Source: Squalus acanthias
Taxonomy: Eukaryota
Length of the DNA stretch: 64,000 nt
Assembly: GCA_030390025.1 (NCBI GenBank)
Contig: JASTWF010000121.1
Coordinates: 682,001 to 746,000 of the forward strand
Direction of reading: 5' to 3'
Shown: positions 22,521 through 35,350 of the stretch, in pieces
Layout of the letters: each line of letters starts with the position of its first letter
Position numbering within the stretch: position 1 is the stretch's first letter
Made by a program: the position numbers and the translations under genes
Notes under the pieces: model-generated
The model's input: the letters and a program-made list of their open reading frames with translations, nothing else
The model's database searches: none
What the model was told of the DNA's origin: nothing

Positions 22521-23820
22521 ATTGTTGCTGTCAAGCTGTGAATCTCCTCTCTAACCACACTGCTCAGTGTGGAGATTCCATTGGGCCTTGCCAGTGGCTC
22601 CCGTGGATTTGGAGGAGGAAGAGGAGTTCGGGGAGGGGGCAGAATGAGTGATGAACTTGTACCTCAGGAGTCTGGAATTGGCCCGGGCACACCTAGTTGC
22701 CCATGTCCGTGGAGACCTACATTTGCCACTTCTGCTACACCTGGAAGCCTGTCACACAGTTACGCCTTTTATATTCTTGGGTCTCTGACTCTGGATCCAT
22801 CAGCTTCTGAAATTTTCGGATTCATAGCGAATCCCCTCGGCCCCAGCAGCATCTTCAACGGCTCTGATTTACAAAGAAGTTCCAACACGTGTCACCTGTC
22901 CTAATATCTCCTTATGCGGCTCGGTGTCAAATGTTGTCTGATAATCGCTCCTGTGAAGCGCCGCGGGATGTTTTACACAATAATAAATACAAGTTGTTGT
23001 AGTTTGGGGAGGACAAAGTCAAATAAGTAATTCCCTCATGTTGGTCCTCTCACCACCTGCCACAAGCCCAGTCTGGCTGCAATGTCCCTCAGGACTCGGC
23101 CAGCTCGGTCAGTGGTGGTGCTACCGAGCCTTGGAGATGGAGATTGAAGCGTCCAGACAGAGTACATTCTGTGCCCTTGCTACCCTCAGTGCTTTCTCCA
23201 AGTGGTGCTTATAGGAAATGTGCACTTGCCTTTCGAAGTGGTGCCTGGCATTGGACACAAGGAAACAACTTCTTTTGCAGAGGGTTTTTTAAGAAGGCAA
23301 ATGTCCAGCTGGGCTTTACACTGCTCTGTATATTTAGGGGCAATTTTACGAGACCAAACCTCTGCAGGGAATCTCGCTGCCAGACAGTCAGAAAATCATG
23401 GGCGGTATCTGCTGAATTTTCAATATATTTTCCCAGTGGGCGAGGCTTACAAAATCACTCCTATACAGTCTCATTCTTGCTTTACATTGATGTGTTTGTT
23501 TAAATCATGCATTTTTAGTTTACAGACTTCAGGCTTCCTACCAGGTTGGCCATGTTCTCTCTCTGGGTCACACCCTCCCAGGCCCGTTACATTCTGTGTG
23601 TATTGGGCAAATTCCAGGCCCACGGAAGAGATTCTCACGGTGCTACATTATTAAATAGTTGGCTGGGTTTCAACTCCAAAATGAGACGTTCTTCTTTGCC
23701 GCCCAGTCATTATGAAAGCCGATTGCACATTCCGAAATTACATTCGCAAGCTTAAGAATGATTTATTGTAGCTTGGAAACTGTCACAGGATCATTTGTTT
23801 GCATTGATCATAAAATCATG

Positions 23821-24710
23821 GGGGGAAAAATTCAGTCGCGCCCCGTTTGGGGCGCAAATATCGTCCAGGCGCAAAAATTAGCGCCTGGCGCTAATTATCG
23901 CCACTGACTGGAAACTTCACTTTTAACGCCCCGGGAGGTGAGTGGAGCGCTAAATCAGGCGCTGCACACCTCTTAAGGTGCAAAGGCCGAGGAGTGAGGC
24001 GCTAACTCAGAGCGCTGGCGAAGCTCATGTAATGTCAGTCAGCAATGGAACACACACACAATGGCGCGGGCCAGTTCTTAAAGGGGATGGTTAATCTTGC
24101 TTTCCATCCACATCCTGTTCATTGCAGCCTTGAATCTCGGCCTGGAGAGACTTGCACATCAAATGTGCTGGAAAGAACAATGGAGAGTACCAGGCAAAGA
24201 GCTCAGAGTGCAGCCCCCACAGTCTCTGCTAAATTGATACAAGGAATGGCAAATCAAAATGAACCTGCAAAGTGCTGCTCAGTACCCAAAACTCCTTCAC
24301 ACAACGTTGAATCTCTCCAGAAGTCTCTCCCTCTCTCTCTCAGAATGCGTAGTTCAAAAATGGCACCAACAATAAAAGGCAGGAAGCAGTCACCTTTAAA
24401 TAGCGCTCCCCCTTTCCCTTCATGACTGCAGAATGCTCCCCTCAACCTGTCGTTGCTAGCGTCAGGCGGTAAGGCAGGGGGCGCCACTCAATATCCGCTC
24501 CGGGGCGATACCGGGGCGTTGCGCACTTGAGTGACGTCATGATCTGCCGGCGCAGGAGATCGTGGCGGTAGTGTTTAGTGCCGCCGCAAAATGTCTAGTT
24601 AATTTCGCGAGCGGCGCAAACTTCGCCACGCCTGGGCGCTAGATGCTTTGCGCCCCATTAGCGCCCTCTTAAGGCGCTAATGGGAGGCGCAACCAACTGA
24701 ATTTAACCCC
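23821..24710. mobile_element. Non-autonomous DNA transposon (family A, GGGG...CCCC TIRs, 3-bp TSD)
   Basis: TIRs gggg..aaattcagt / actgaattt..cccc. Second copy at 56384-57285. Inserted in a CR1 tail. Confidence 0.85.
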
Positions 24711-26645
24711 ATAGAAATTTATGGCACAGAAGGAGGTCATTCAGCCCGTCGTGTCTGTGCTGGCTGAAAAAGTGCTGTCCAGCCATACCCACACTTCCAC
24801 CTCCACACACAGGTTACCTTTTTGGTCTCTAATAAGCCCTACTCTTTCCTTAGTTATCCTCTTGCTCTTTATGTATTTATAAAACATCTTTGGGTTTTCC
24901 TTGATGTTACTTGCCAATATTTTTTCATGTCCTCTCTTTGCTTTCCTATTTTCCTTTTTAGTTTCACCCCTGCACTTTCTATACTCCTCTAGTCTTTCTG
25001 CAATATTTAGCTCTCGGTGTCTGACATAAACTTCCCTTTTTTGCCTTATCCTACCCTGTATGCCCCTTGACCTCCAGGGGGCTCTAGATTTGGGAGTCCC
25101 TCCCCTTTTCTTTGAGTGATCATATTTTCTCTGTCCCCTCACGATCTCCTCCTTGAATGCCTCCCCCTGCTCTGACACTGACTTACCTTCAAGTAGCTGT
25201 TTCCAGTCCACTTTTGCTAAATCACATCAACTTAGTAAAATTGGCCTTTCTCCAATTGAGAACTTTTACTCCTGGTCTATCTTTGTCCTTTTCCATAACT
25301 ACGCTAAATCTAACTGAATTATGATCACTACCACCAAAATACTCTCCCACTGATACCCCTTCCACCTGCCCAGCTTCATTCCCTAAAACTAAGTCCGGAA
25401 CCGCCCCTCTCTTGTTGGGCTTGCTACTTACTGGCTAAAAAAGTTCTCCTGAATGCATTTTAAGAATTCTGCACCATCTATACATTTTACACTGATTCTA
25501 TCCTAGTTAATATTAGGGTTGTTGAAATCCCCTACTATTACTGCCCTATTTTTGCACTTCTCAGAAATTTGCCAACATATTGGCTCTTCTATCTCCTCTG
25601 ACTATTTGGGGGTCTATAGTAAACTCCCAACAGTGTAGTTTCTCCATTTTTGTTCTGCAGTTCAACCCATAGGGCCTCATTTGATGATCCTTCTAACCTA
25701 TCATCCCTCCTCACAGCTGTAATTGTTTCTTTATCCAATATTGCGACCACCTCGTTTTTTATCCCCCTCTCTATCTCGTCTGATAACCCTGTAACCAGGA
25801 ATGTTGAGCTTCCATTCCTGCCCTTATTTCAGCCATGTCTCAGGAATGGCTATGATCTCATAATCCCACGTGTCTATCTGTGCCCTCAGCTCATCTGCCT
25901 TATTCCCTCAGACTCCTTGCATTGAAGTATATACCATTAAGCACTGCCAAACCCCTAGTTGTCTATTTTCTAGCCGTTGTTTCCTCCGCCTTCAAAACTC
26001 ACTCACTAATTTACTGCCTTTAATTTCCAGCTTTGCATCTCTCTCCCTTCTGAATCTACATTCAAATTCCCATCCCCCTGCCAAGCTAGTTTAAACCCTC
26101 CCCAACAGCACTAGCAAACCCCTCTGCGAGGATATTGATTCCAGCACTGTTGAGGTGCAACCCGTCCGGCTTGTACAGGTCCCACCTCCCCCAGAAACGG
26201 TCCCAATGCCTCAGTAATCTAAAGCCCTCCCTCCTGCACCAACTCTCCAGCCGCGCATCCATCTGCTCTATCCTCCTGTTTCTGTACTCACTAGCACGTG
26301 GTACCGGGAGTATACTGGAGATTACTACCTTTGAGGTCCTGCTTTTTAATCTCTTTCCTAACTCCCTAAAATCTGCCTGCAGGACCTCATCACCTATGTC
26401 ATTGGTACCAATATGGACCACGACCTCTGGCTGTTCACCCTCCCCCCTTAGAATGTCCTGCAGCCATTCAGTGACATCCTTGACCTTGGCACCAGGGAGG
26501 CAACATACCATCCTGGAGTCACGTCTGCGGCCACAGAAACGCCTGTCTGCTCCCCTAACTATCGAATCCCCTACCACTATTGCTTTTCTGACCTTTTTCC
26601 TTCCCCCACCTCCCCCCACCCCATGCACAGCTGGGCCACCCATGG
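24711..26645 (-). mobile_element. CR1 LINE, ORF1 SGNH-esterase part plus internally deleted ORF2 and tail
   Basis: IVVGDSIVRG, VHIGTND, DGLHL. ORF2 remnants jump to the 3' tail near 24790. Confidence 0.88.
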
Positions 26646-29318
26646 TGACGTGATCATAGAAACATAGAAACATAGAAGATAGGAGCAGGAGTAGGTCATT
26701 CAGCCCCTCAAGCCAGCTCCGCCATTCGATGAGATCATGGCTGATCATCCAAACTCAGTACCCTGTACCTGCCTTCTCCCCATATCCCTTGATACCTTTA
26801 GCTTTAAGAAATATATCTAACTCATTCTTGAATATATTTAATGACTTGGCCTCAACTACCTTCTGTGGTAGAGAATTCCACAGGTTCACCACTCTCTGGG
26901 TGAAGAAATTCTTCCTCATTTCTGTCCTAAATGGCTTACCCCTTATCCTTAGATTATGACCCCTGGTTCTGGACTCTCCGACCATCGGGAACATTCTTCC
27001 TGCATTTAGTTTGTCCAGACCTGTCAGAATTTTATATGTTTTGATGAGATCCCCTCTCATTCTTCTATACTCCAGCGAGTATAAGCCCAATCGACCCAAT
27101 CGCTCCTCATATGTCATTCCTGCCATCCCAGGTATCAGCCTTGTGAATCTTCGCTGAACTCCTTCCATGGCAAGAACATCCTTCCTCAGATAAGGCGACC
27201 AAAACTGCACACAGTACTCAAGGTGTGGTCGCACCAAGGCCCTGTACAACTGCAGCAGGACATCCCTGTTCCTATACTCAAACCCTTTCGCTATGAAGGC
27301 CAACATACCATTTGCCTTCTTCACCGCCTGCTGCACCTGCATGCTTACTTTCAGCGACTGGTGCACAAGGACACCCAGAACTCGTTGCACTTCCCCTTCT
27401 CCCAATCTATTGCCATTCAGATAATAGTCTGCCTTTCTGTTTTTGCCACCAAAGTGGATAACCTCGCATTTATCCACGTTATATTGCATCTGCCACACTT
27501 CTGCCCACTCACCCAACCTGTCCAAATCATCCTGGAGTTTCTCGATATCCTCATCGCAGCACACACTCCCACCCAGCTTTGTGTCATCTGCAAACTTGGA
27601 GATATTACATTTAGTTCCCTTATCTAGATCATTCATGTATATTGTGAATAGCTGGGGTCCAAGGACGGATCCCTGCGGTACCCCACTAGTCACTGCCTGC
27701 CACTCGGAAAAAGACCCATTAATTCCTACTCTCTGCTTTCTGTCCGCCAACCAGTTCTCTATCCAAGTCAATACCTTGCCGCCAATCCCATGTGCCTTAA
27801 CTTTACATGCTAATCTCTTATGCGGACCTTATCGAAAGCCTTTTGAAAGTCCAAATACACCACATCTACTGGTTCTCCCTTATCTATTTTCCCAGTTACA
27901 TCCTCAAGAAAGTCCATTAGATTAGTCAAGCACGATTTACCTTTTGTAAATCCATGTTGACTTTGTCCGATCCTGTCACTGTTTTTCAAGTGCTCAGCTA
28001 TTACATCCTTTATAATGGACTCTAGCATTTTCCCCACTACTGATGTCAGGCTTACCGGTCTGTAATTTCCCGCTTTCTCTCTACCACCCTTTTTGAATAG
28101 TGGGGTAACATTAGCTACCCTCCAATCCATGGGTACAGTTCCAGATTCCATCGAATGTTGGAAGATGATCAGCAATGCATCTACTATTTCTAGGGCCACT
28201 TCCTTAAGTACCCTAGGATGTAGATTATCAGGCCCTGGGGATTTATCGGCCTTCAATCCCGTCAATTTCCCTAACACCATTTCCCTGCGAACACTGATTT
28301 CTTTCAGTTCCTCCCTTTCATCAGACCGTATGTTCTCCAACATCTCTGGGAGGTTATTTGTGTCCTCCTTTGTGAAGACAGAACCAAAATATGCATTTAA
28401 TTGGTCTGCCATTTCTTTGTTCCCTATTATAACTTCCCCCGCTTCTGACTGCAAGGGACCTACAGTTGGTTCCACTAATCTTTTTCTCTTCACATATCTA
28501 TAAAAGCTCTTAGTCAGTTTTTATGTTCCCAGCAGGCTTACTTTCATATTCTATTTTCCCCTTCTTAATTAATCCCTTTGTCCTCCTTTGTTGAATCCTA
28601 AACTGCTCCCAATCCTCAGGGTTACCGCTTTTTCTGGCCAATTTATGTGACCTCTCCTTGGATCTTATGCTATCCCTAATTTCCCTTGTTAGCCACGGTT
28701 GAGTCACCCATTTTGTTTTATTATTATGCCACACTGGGATGAACAAATTCTGTAGTTCATCCATGCAGTCTTTGAATGTTTGCCATTGCCTATCCACCGT
28801 CAACCCCTTGAGTGACATTCCCCAATCAATCCTACCCAATTCGCGCCTCATACCATCGTAGTTTCCTTTATTTAAATTCAAGACCCTAGTCTCTGCTTCA
28901 ACTACTTCACTCTCCATCCTAATGAAGAATTCTATCATATTATGATCACTCTGACCCAAGGGGCCTCATACAACAAGATTGCTAATTAATCCTTTCTCGT
29001 TACATAATACCCAGTCTAAGATGTCCTGATCTCTGGTTGGTTCCTCGACATATTGGTCCAGAAAGCCATCCCATAAACATTCTAGGAATTCCTCCTCCAC
29101 AGTATTTTTACTAATTTGGTTAGCCCAATCTATATGTAAATTAAAGTCACCCATGATGACTGCTGTGCCCTTAATGCATGCTTCTCTAATTTCCCTTTTA
29201 ATGCCGTCCCCAACCTCCGTATTACTGTTTCAGGTCTATATATCACTCCCACTAACGTTTTCTGCCCCTTGTTATTTCTCAGTTCTACCCATACAGACTC
29301 TGCATCATCAGAGCTAAT

Positions 29319-30059
29319 GGCCCAGAAATTGATCTCGCTCTGTTCCCGCGGGGGTAAGCCTTCCCCGCGATGTCTCACCTCGCTTATGCTTTTTCTGATC
29401 CAGCTCGCACGAACTTGATGTTCCAGACATCTGCTGTGCTGGGCTTGCGTATCCCAGCGGCGTAGTGAATTCGTGCGAGCTGTGGGATCACGTGACTCAG
29501 TTAGAGCCAATGGCAGCACACCATCTTCCATTCATAAGTCTCACAGCATGGCTGTGAGACTTATGAATCTTACATCCCCCCAAAATAACAGCTAAACCTC
29601 AATTAAATTTTAAAAAAAACCCATCACATTAATAAAATAAGTATAGTTAATTAAATTAACCATTTTAAATAAAAAATTAAATTTTTGAAAAAATTTAAAA
29701 TCTTTTAAAAAGTTATAAAAATAAACTTACCTGTCTTTAAAGTCTATAAAAAAGATATACCTGTAAAAAAAAATTCAAAAAAATACTTAATTCACTACTT
29801 ACCTTCTTAAAAGCGGGTCTTACTCCTTTTTACATTTCCAAAATCTTCCCTACTTACCTGCGCGTCCAAAGCATGAAGTGCACAGCGTGCGCGCAGCCTG
29901 TAGCGCGCACGCGATGCACCCAGGCCCCGCCCCCTTTTCGGAAGAGCAATTGCCGGTTTTCAGCGCATGCGCAGGGCATGCAGAAAACCGGCAATTGGAG
30001 TGGGAATACGCGAGAGTATGCAGTGCGTACTCTCGCGTCCCGGGATCAATTTTCGGCCC
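29319..30059. mobile_element. MITE family B copy 1 (PIF/Harbinger-like)
   Basis: TIRs ggcccagaaattg / caattttcggccc, 3-bp flanks aat/act. Splits the CR1 ORF2. Confidence 0.85.
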
Positions 30060-30478
30060 ACTATCCTTCCTTTCAATTGTGTTAATCCCCTCTTTAACCA
30101 GCAATGCTACCCCACCTCCCTTTCTTTTTTGCCTATCTTTCCTAAATATTGAATAACCCTGGATGTTGAGTTCCCAGCCTTGGCCACCCTGGAGCCATGT
30201 TTCTGTAATCCCAATCAAATCATATTCATTTACCTCTATTTGCGCAGCTAATTCATCCACCTTGTTCCAAATGCTCCTTGCATTAAGACACAAAGGCTTC
30301 AGGCTTGTTTTTTTAACGCTCTCAGACCTACATGATTTATTATTTACTGTGACCATGTTTGATTTAAACCGTTGAGTTCTTTGCCTTCTGCTTTTGTTTT
30401 TCTCCTTCCTGTCTTTTGCTTTTATCCTTGTTTCCCTTTCCGCTGTCTCCCTGCTCAGGTACCCAACCCCCTGCCACT

Positions 30479-31429
30479 TTAGTTTAAACACTCCCCAACA
30501 GCACTAGCAAACACTCCCCCTAGGACATCGGTCCCGGCCCTGCCCAGGTGCAGACTGTCCCGTTTGTACTGGTCCCACCTCCCCCTGAACCGGTTCCAAT
30601 GTCCAAGGAATTTGAATCCCTCCCCCTTGCACCATTCCTCTAGCCATGTATTCATTTGAAATATCCTCCTATTTCTACTCCGACTAGCACGTGGCACTGG
30701 TAGCAATCCTGAGATTACTACCTTTGAGGTCCTATTTTTTAATTTACCTCCTAACTCCCTATATTCTGCTTTTAGGACCTCATCCCGGTTTTTACCTATA
30801 TCGTTGATGCCTATGTGCACCACGACAACTGGCTGTTCGCCCTCCCCCTCCAAAATGTTCTGTAGCTGCTCCGAGACATCCTTGACCCTTGCACCAGGGA
30901 GGCAACACACCATCCTGGAGTCTTGTTTGCGGCCGCAGAAACGCCTATCTATTCCCCTTACAATTGAATCCCCTATCACTATAGCTCTTCCACACATTTT
31001 CCTCCCAGCCTGTGCAGCAGAGCCACCCATGGTGCCAGGAAGTTGGCTGCTGCTGCCTTCCCCTGATAAGTCGTCCCCCCCAACAGCATCCAACTTGGTA
31101 TATCTGTTTGAGAGGGGGATGGCCACAGGGGACCCCTTCACTACCTGCCTGCACCTCTTACTCTGCCTTGTGTTCACCCATTCACTTCCTGCCTGTACCC
31201 CCTTTTCCTGCGGTGTGACCACCTCGCTAAACGTGTTATCCACGACATTCTCAGCGTCGCGAATGCTCCAATATGCATGCATCCGCAGCTCCAGCGCCGC
31301 AATGCGGTCCGTCAGTAGCTGCAGCTGGATACATTTCCCACACACATGGTCGTCAGGGACACAGGAAGCGTCCCTGATTTCCCACATATAGCAGGAGGAG
31401 CATATCACGGGGCGGAGCTCTCCTGCCAT
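30479..31429 (-). CDS. CR1 ORF1 protein (zinc finger / leucine zipper + SGNH esterase), intact 316 aa
   Basis: CSSC...CGKC followed by heptad leucines, then VIGDSIVRG, VHIGIND and DSLHL. Confidence 0.9.
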   Translation of the reverse strand: MAGELRPVICSSCYMWEIRDASCVPDDHVCGKCIQLQLLTDRIAALELRMHAYWSIRDAENVVDNTFSEVVTPQEKGVQAGSEWVNTRQSKRCRQVVKGSPVAIPLSNRYTKLDAVGGDDLSGEGSSSQLPGTMGGSAAQAGRKMCGRAIVIGDSIVRGIDRRFCGRKQDSRMVCCLPGARVKDVSEQLQNILEGEGEQPVVVVHIGINDIGKNRDEVLKAEYRELGGKLKNRTSKVVISGLLPVPRASRSRNRRIFQMNTWLEEWCKGEGFKFLGHWNRFRGRWDQYKRDSLHLGRAGTDVLGGVFASAVGECLN

Positions 31430-31743
31430 GACTTACCCTTTAATTAATTAATTTAAATTAAACTAATTGAATCCCACCAATTTCACTTCAATTAAATGAT
31501 ACTCTCAAGGGCCCTCGCTTAACAGCAGTCCCCGCTACACCACAGAGACTCTAGAAACTATAAACCACAGAATTTGAGTGTGGAAAAAAGGAGAAAGAGA
31601 GAAATACTCACCAACCAATCACTTACCTGCTTTCTGGTGATGTCACACTTCGATTACTTTTTACTTCTTTACACTCACTGGTCTGTTGTAGCCCCGGCTC
31701 ACCTTATTAGGTATAAAGTCAATATAATGTAGAAGGTACTTAC

Positions 31744-32097
31744 TGGTTACATTCAGACGGGTTCCATTTCCATAGATTCTTCCCCAAATACTACAGAGAT
31801 AAACAGCGGAGTCTCTGCGCTCCAGGTCTCTGATGGTCAGAGTGAAGCTGTTACTGGCAACATCTCTGGAAAGCTGAAACCGCTCAGAGAAGCCGGGTGA
31901 CCGGTAAACCTTGCCATCTGCATAATGAGTTAATATTTTGTGATTCCTATTTTCTGAGAGGTACCAATGTACAGTATACATGCCCACATGGTAATTCACA
32001 TTGCTGCTCTCCAAGGAACACCGAAACTGCACCGTTTGACCCTCGGACACCTTCACAACCTCTGGGGACTGGATAAGAATCGTACTTGCCTTTAGAC
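31744..32097 (-). CDS. V1 exon: germline-joined VJ-type Ig V domain (354 nt, phase 1-1)
   Basis: Acceptor ctattcacag|GT, donor ACC A|gtaagt. Translation (G)LKASTILIQSPEVVKVSEGQTVQFRC...VHWY...RFQLSRDVASNSFTLTIRDLERRDSAVYLCSIWGRIYGNGTRLNVT shows the B-strand Cys, C-strand Trp, D-x-A-x-Y-x-C and J-like YGxGTxLxV. No stops. Confidence 0.92.
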
Positions 32098-32228
32098 CTG
32101 TGAATAGTAAATAACTGAAGATCAGAACAGATCAGGAACCACAAAACATAATAACCTGAAACGGAAGCTATTATAAAATCTCCTGTATGTTTACGAATGG
32201 ATATTGTGTATTGTGTATATTGTGTACC

Positions 32229-32660
32229 GGGCAACACGGTGGCATAGTGGTTAGCACTGGTGCCTCACAGCGCCAGGGACCTGGGTTCGAATCTGACCTT
32301 GGGTGACTGTCTGTGTGGAGTTTGCACATTCTCCCCGTGTCTGCGTGGGTTTCCTCCGGGTGCTCCGGTTTCCTCCCACAGTCCAAAAATGTGCGGGTTA
32401 GGTTGATTTGGCTATGATAAAAAATTGACCCTTAGTGTTAGGGGGGGATTAAATATGTGGGGTTATGGGGATAGGATGGGATATGTTAGGGGGAATGAAA
32501 TACGTGGGGTTACGGGGGGTAGGGTGGGATATGTGTACTGTGGGGATTAAAGCAGGGACAGGGTACTGGATTTGGATGATCAGCCATGATCGTATTGAAT
32601 GGTGGAGCAGGCTCGACGGGCCGAATGGCCTACTCCTGCTCCTAGATTCTATGTTTCTAT
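32229..32660 (+). mobile_element. V-SINE (HE1-like) with CR1-derived tail
   Basis: tRNA head (tggcatagtgg, ggttcgaatc), V-domain tgtgtggagtttgcacattctccccgtgtctgcgtgggtttcctccgggtgctccggtttcctcccaca, and CR1 tail gaatggcctactcctgctcc. Confidence 0.9.
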
Positions 32661-33554
32661 TATCACTAATTTATAGCCTAGTTGTTTTAAACATCCCTCT
32701 TCCACATTGCACTGCACTGGCCGGCAATCCCACAGTCAGCCCCAAAGCACACACACTGCAACTGAACTCAGAACTGCTGCTGGATAGGATCCTGGCACCA
32801 TTACTGTGGAGGTTGGGATTAAAAGGAGCAGAAAATCAGGGGGCGGGAAGCTGCCAGTTTCAGTGATATTTCACCATTCCCAGCACAAGATTCGGATGTA
32901 GGTTCAGATAAAGAAGGCCTTCGGACCATTCAATCTCATCCTTCCGGAATTCCAATGCTACCTTGGCCCCATCGCAGCATCCAGCTGTTTATTAAACCCG
33001 TCCAGTGTTCTGGCCTCCCCTGGTAACCCATTCCAGCTTTTGATTACCATCTTCAAAGAAATCTCTCCTAAACTTGGCCTTTACAATCCTGACTGCGCCC
33101 TCCTGCCCTGGCTGTATCTGAAAGGATTGTTCTGGGTTTGCTTTAACTTCCTGCACAGCAAGTGTTGTCCTACCCGTGGACATACCTACTACCAAAATCT
33201 GCGGCACCTTTCATTTATTGGGACTGAACTCGCTTCCTCATTAATCAGCCCAGGTGTGAAGCTTGCTGAGCTCTCTTTGTAAGGTCTTGGCTGCACCCTC
33301 TGAATCCACAGTCACTCAGAACTCGGCCCTTTCCCACCATCTCTGCTATTAAGCTGCATGTTTCTGCAGGAAGGGGCCTCGTGATTTGATGCATTTTAAC
33401 CGGGGTCTAAAAAGGGGAAGTCGCTGGGGATCTCCAGCCTGGCTATCGAAGGCCGACATCTGGGGAAACGAAGGAGATTCCATTCAAGGTAAGTCCAAAC
33501 AAATCTCCTCTGTGCGGCCAGGAGGAGATCCTCTGCGCTTCACAAGGAAAGTCA

Positions 33555-33960
33555 TGACCCCCCTCACCCCAGACTTCTACCCACCCCCCTCGCCCCAGAC
33601 TTCTCCTCAGCCCCCATCGCCCCAGAATTCTACCCACCCCCCTCGCAACAGACTTCTACCCACCCCCCTCGCCCCAGACTTCTACCCACCCCCCTCGCCC
33701 CAGACATCTGCCCAACCCCCTCGCCCCAGACTTCTACCCACCCCCCTCGCCCCAGATATCTGCCCAACCCCCTCGCCCCAAACTTCTGCCAACCCCCCTC
33801 ACCCCAAACTTCTGCCCACCCCCCTCGCGCCAGACCACTGGCCTCCCCCCTCACCCCAGACTTCTGCCCACCCCCCTCGCCCCTGAGATTGCCCACCCCC
33901 CTCGCCCCAGACATCTGCCCAACCCTCTCAACCCAGACCTCTGCCCAACCCCCTCAACCC
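33555..33960. repeat. C-rich ~27-bp minisatellite
   Basis: (ccccctcgccccagacttctacccacc)n. Confidence 0.9.
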
Positions 33961-33994
33961 CCTTCCCCTCCATCCTCCACTCCACTACCCCAGG

Positions 33995-35350
33995 ACGGGG
34001 GGGAGCAGGTCGGGGCGGGAGAGGGTCGGAGTCAGGGGGAGAGAGGATCAGGGCGGGAGAGGGTCAGGGTCAGGGGGAGAGAGGATCGGGGCGGGAGAGG
34101 GTCGGGGTCAGGACGGGAGAGAGTCAGGGTCGGGGGGGGAGAGGGTCAGGGGGGAGAGAGGGTCAGGGGGGAGAGAGGGTCAGGGGGGAGAGAGGATCAG
34201 GGGGGAGAGAGGGTCAGGGGGGAGAGAGGGTCAGGGGGAGAGAGGGTCAGGGGGGAGAGAGGGTCAGGGGGGAGAGAGGGTCAGGGGAGAGGGGGTCAGT
34301 GTCAGGGTGGGAGAGGGTCGGGGTGGGAGAGGGTCAGGGTGGGAGAGGGTCAGGGCGGGAATGGGTCAGGGTGGGAGAGGGTCGGGGCGGGAGCGGGTCA
34401 GGGCAGGGGAGGGTCAGGGTCGGGGCGGGAGAGGGTCAGAGTCGGTGTGGGAGAGGGTCGGGGCGGGAGGGGGTCGGGGGGCGGGAGAGGGTCGGGGGCG
34501 GGAGAGAGTCAGGACGGGAGAGGGTCAGGGTGGGAGAGTGTCGGGGCGGGAGAGGGTCAGAGTCGGGGCGGGAGAGGGTCGGGGGCGGGAGAGGGTCGGG
34601 GCAGGAGAGGGTCAGGGCGGGAGAGGGTTGGGGGCGGGAGAGGGTCAGCGGAGAGGGTCGGGGCGGGAGAGTGGTCGGGGCGGGAGAGGGTCAGGGCGGG
34701 AGAGGGTCGGGGCGGGAGAGGGTCAGCGGGAGAGTGTCGGGGCGGGAGAGGGTCGGGGCGGGAGAGGGTCGGGGCGGGAGAGGGTCGGGCGGGAGAGGGT
34801 CACGGGAGAGGGGTCAGCGGGAGAGGGTCGGGGGGGGAGAGGGTCGGGGGAGAGGGTCAGCGGGAGAGGGTCGGGGCGGGAGAGGGTCAGGGCGGGAGAG
34901 GGTCGGGGCGGGAGAGGGTCAGCGGGAGAGGGTCAGAGCGGGAGAGGGGGTCAGGCGGGAGAGGGTCAGCGGGAGAGGGGTCACGGGAGAGGGTCGGGGG
35001 CGGGAGAGGGTCGGGGGCGGGGGGGAGAGGGGTTCGGGGTGGGGGGAGGAGGGTCAGGGGCGGGAGAGGGTCGGGGGCGGGAGAGGGTCGGGGGGCGGGA
35101 GAGGGTCGGGCGGGAGAGGGCACGGGGAGAGAGGGTCGGGGCGGGAGAGGGTCAGGGCGGGAGAGGGGTCGGCGGGCGGGGAGAGGGTCAGCGGGAGAGG
35201 GTCAGGGGGGGGAGAGGGGTCGGGCGGGAGGGGGTCAGGGTCGGGGAGGGTCGGGAGAGGGTCGGGGGGAGAGGGTCGGGTGGGGGAGAGGGTCGGGGGA
35301 GAGGGTCAGGGGGCGGGAGAGGGTCGGGGGGAGAGGGTCGGGCGGGAGAC
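33995..35350. repeat. G-rich ~16-bp tandem repeat
   Basis: (gggagagggtcggggc)n with variants. Confidence 0.95.

Larger units (their letters stand above)
26654..31700 (-). mobile_element. Near full-length CR1 LINE, interrupted by a MITE
   Basis: 5' UTR, ORF1, frameshifted ORF2 (APE, RT FADD) and (TTCTATGT)n tail at ~26655-26678. The 5' boundary is approximate. Confidence 0.93.

Noticed and set aside
26086-31429. Host GDSL/SGNH esterase genes
   Set aside because: They are intronless and directly upstream of APE-RT ORF2, so they are the standard CR1 ORF1 esterase.
5256-32097. Ordinary rearranging TCR/Ig V-segment array
   Set aside because: Each exon continues through a J motif to a GT donor. 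There is no CACAGTG heptamer or nonamer after the YxC and no individual leader close upstream.
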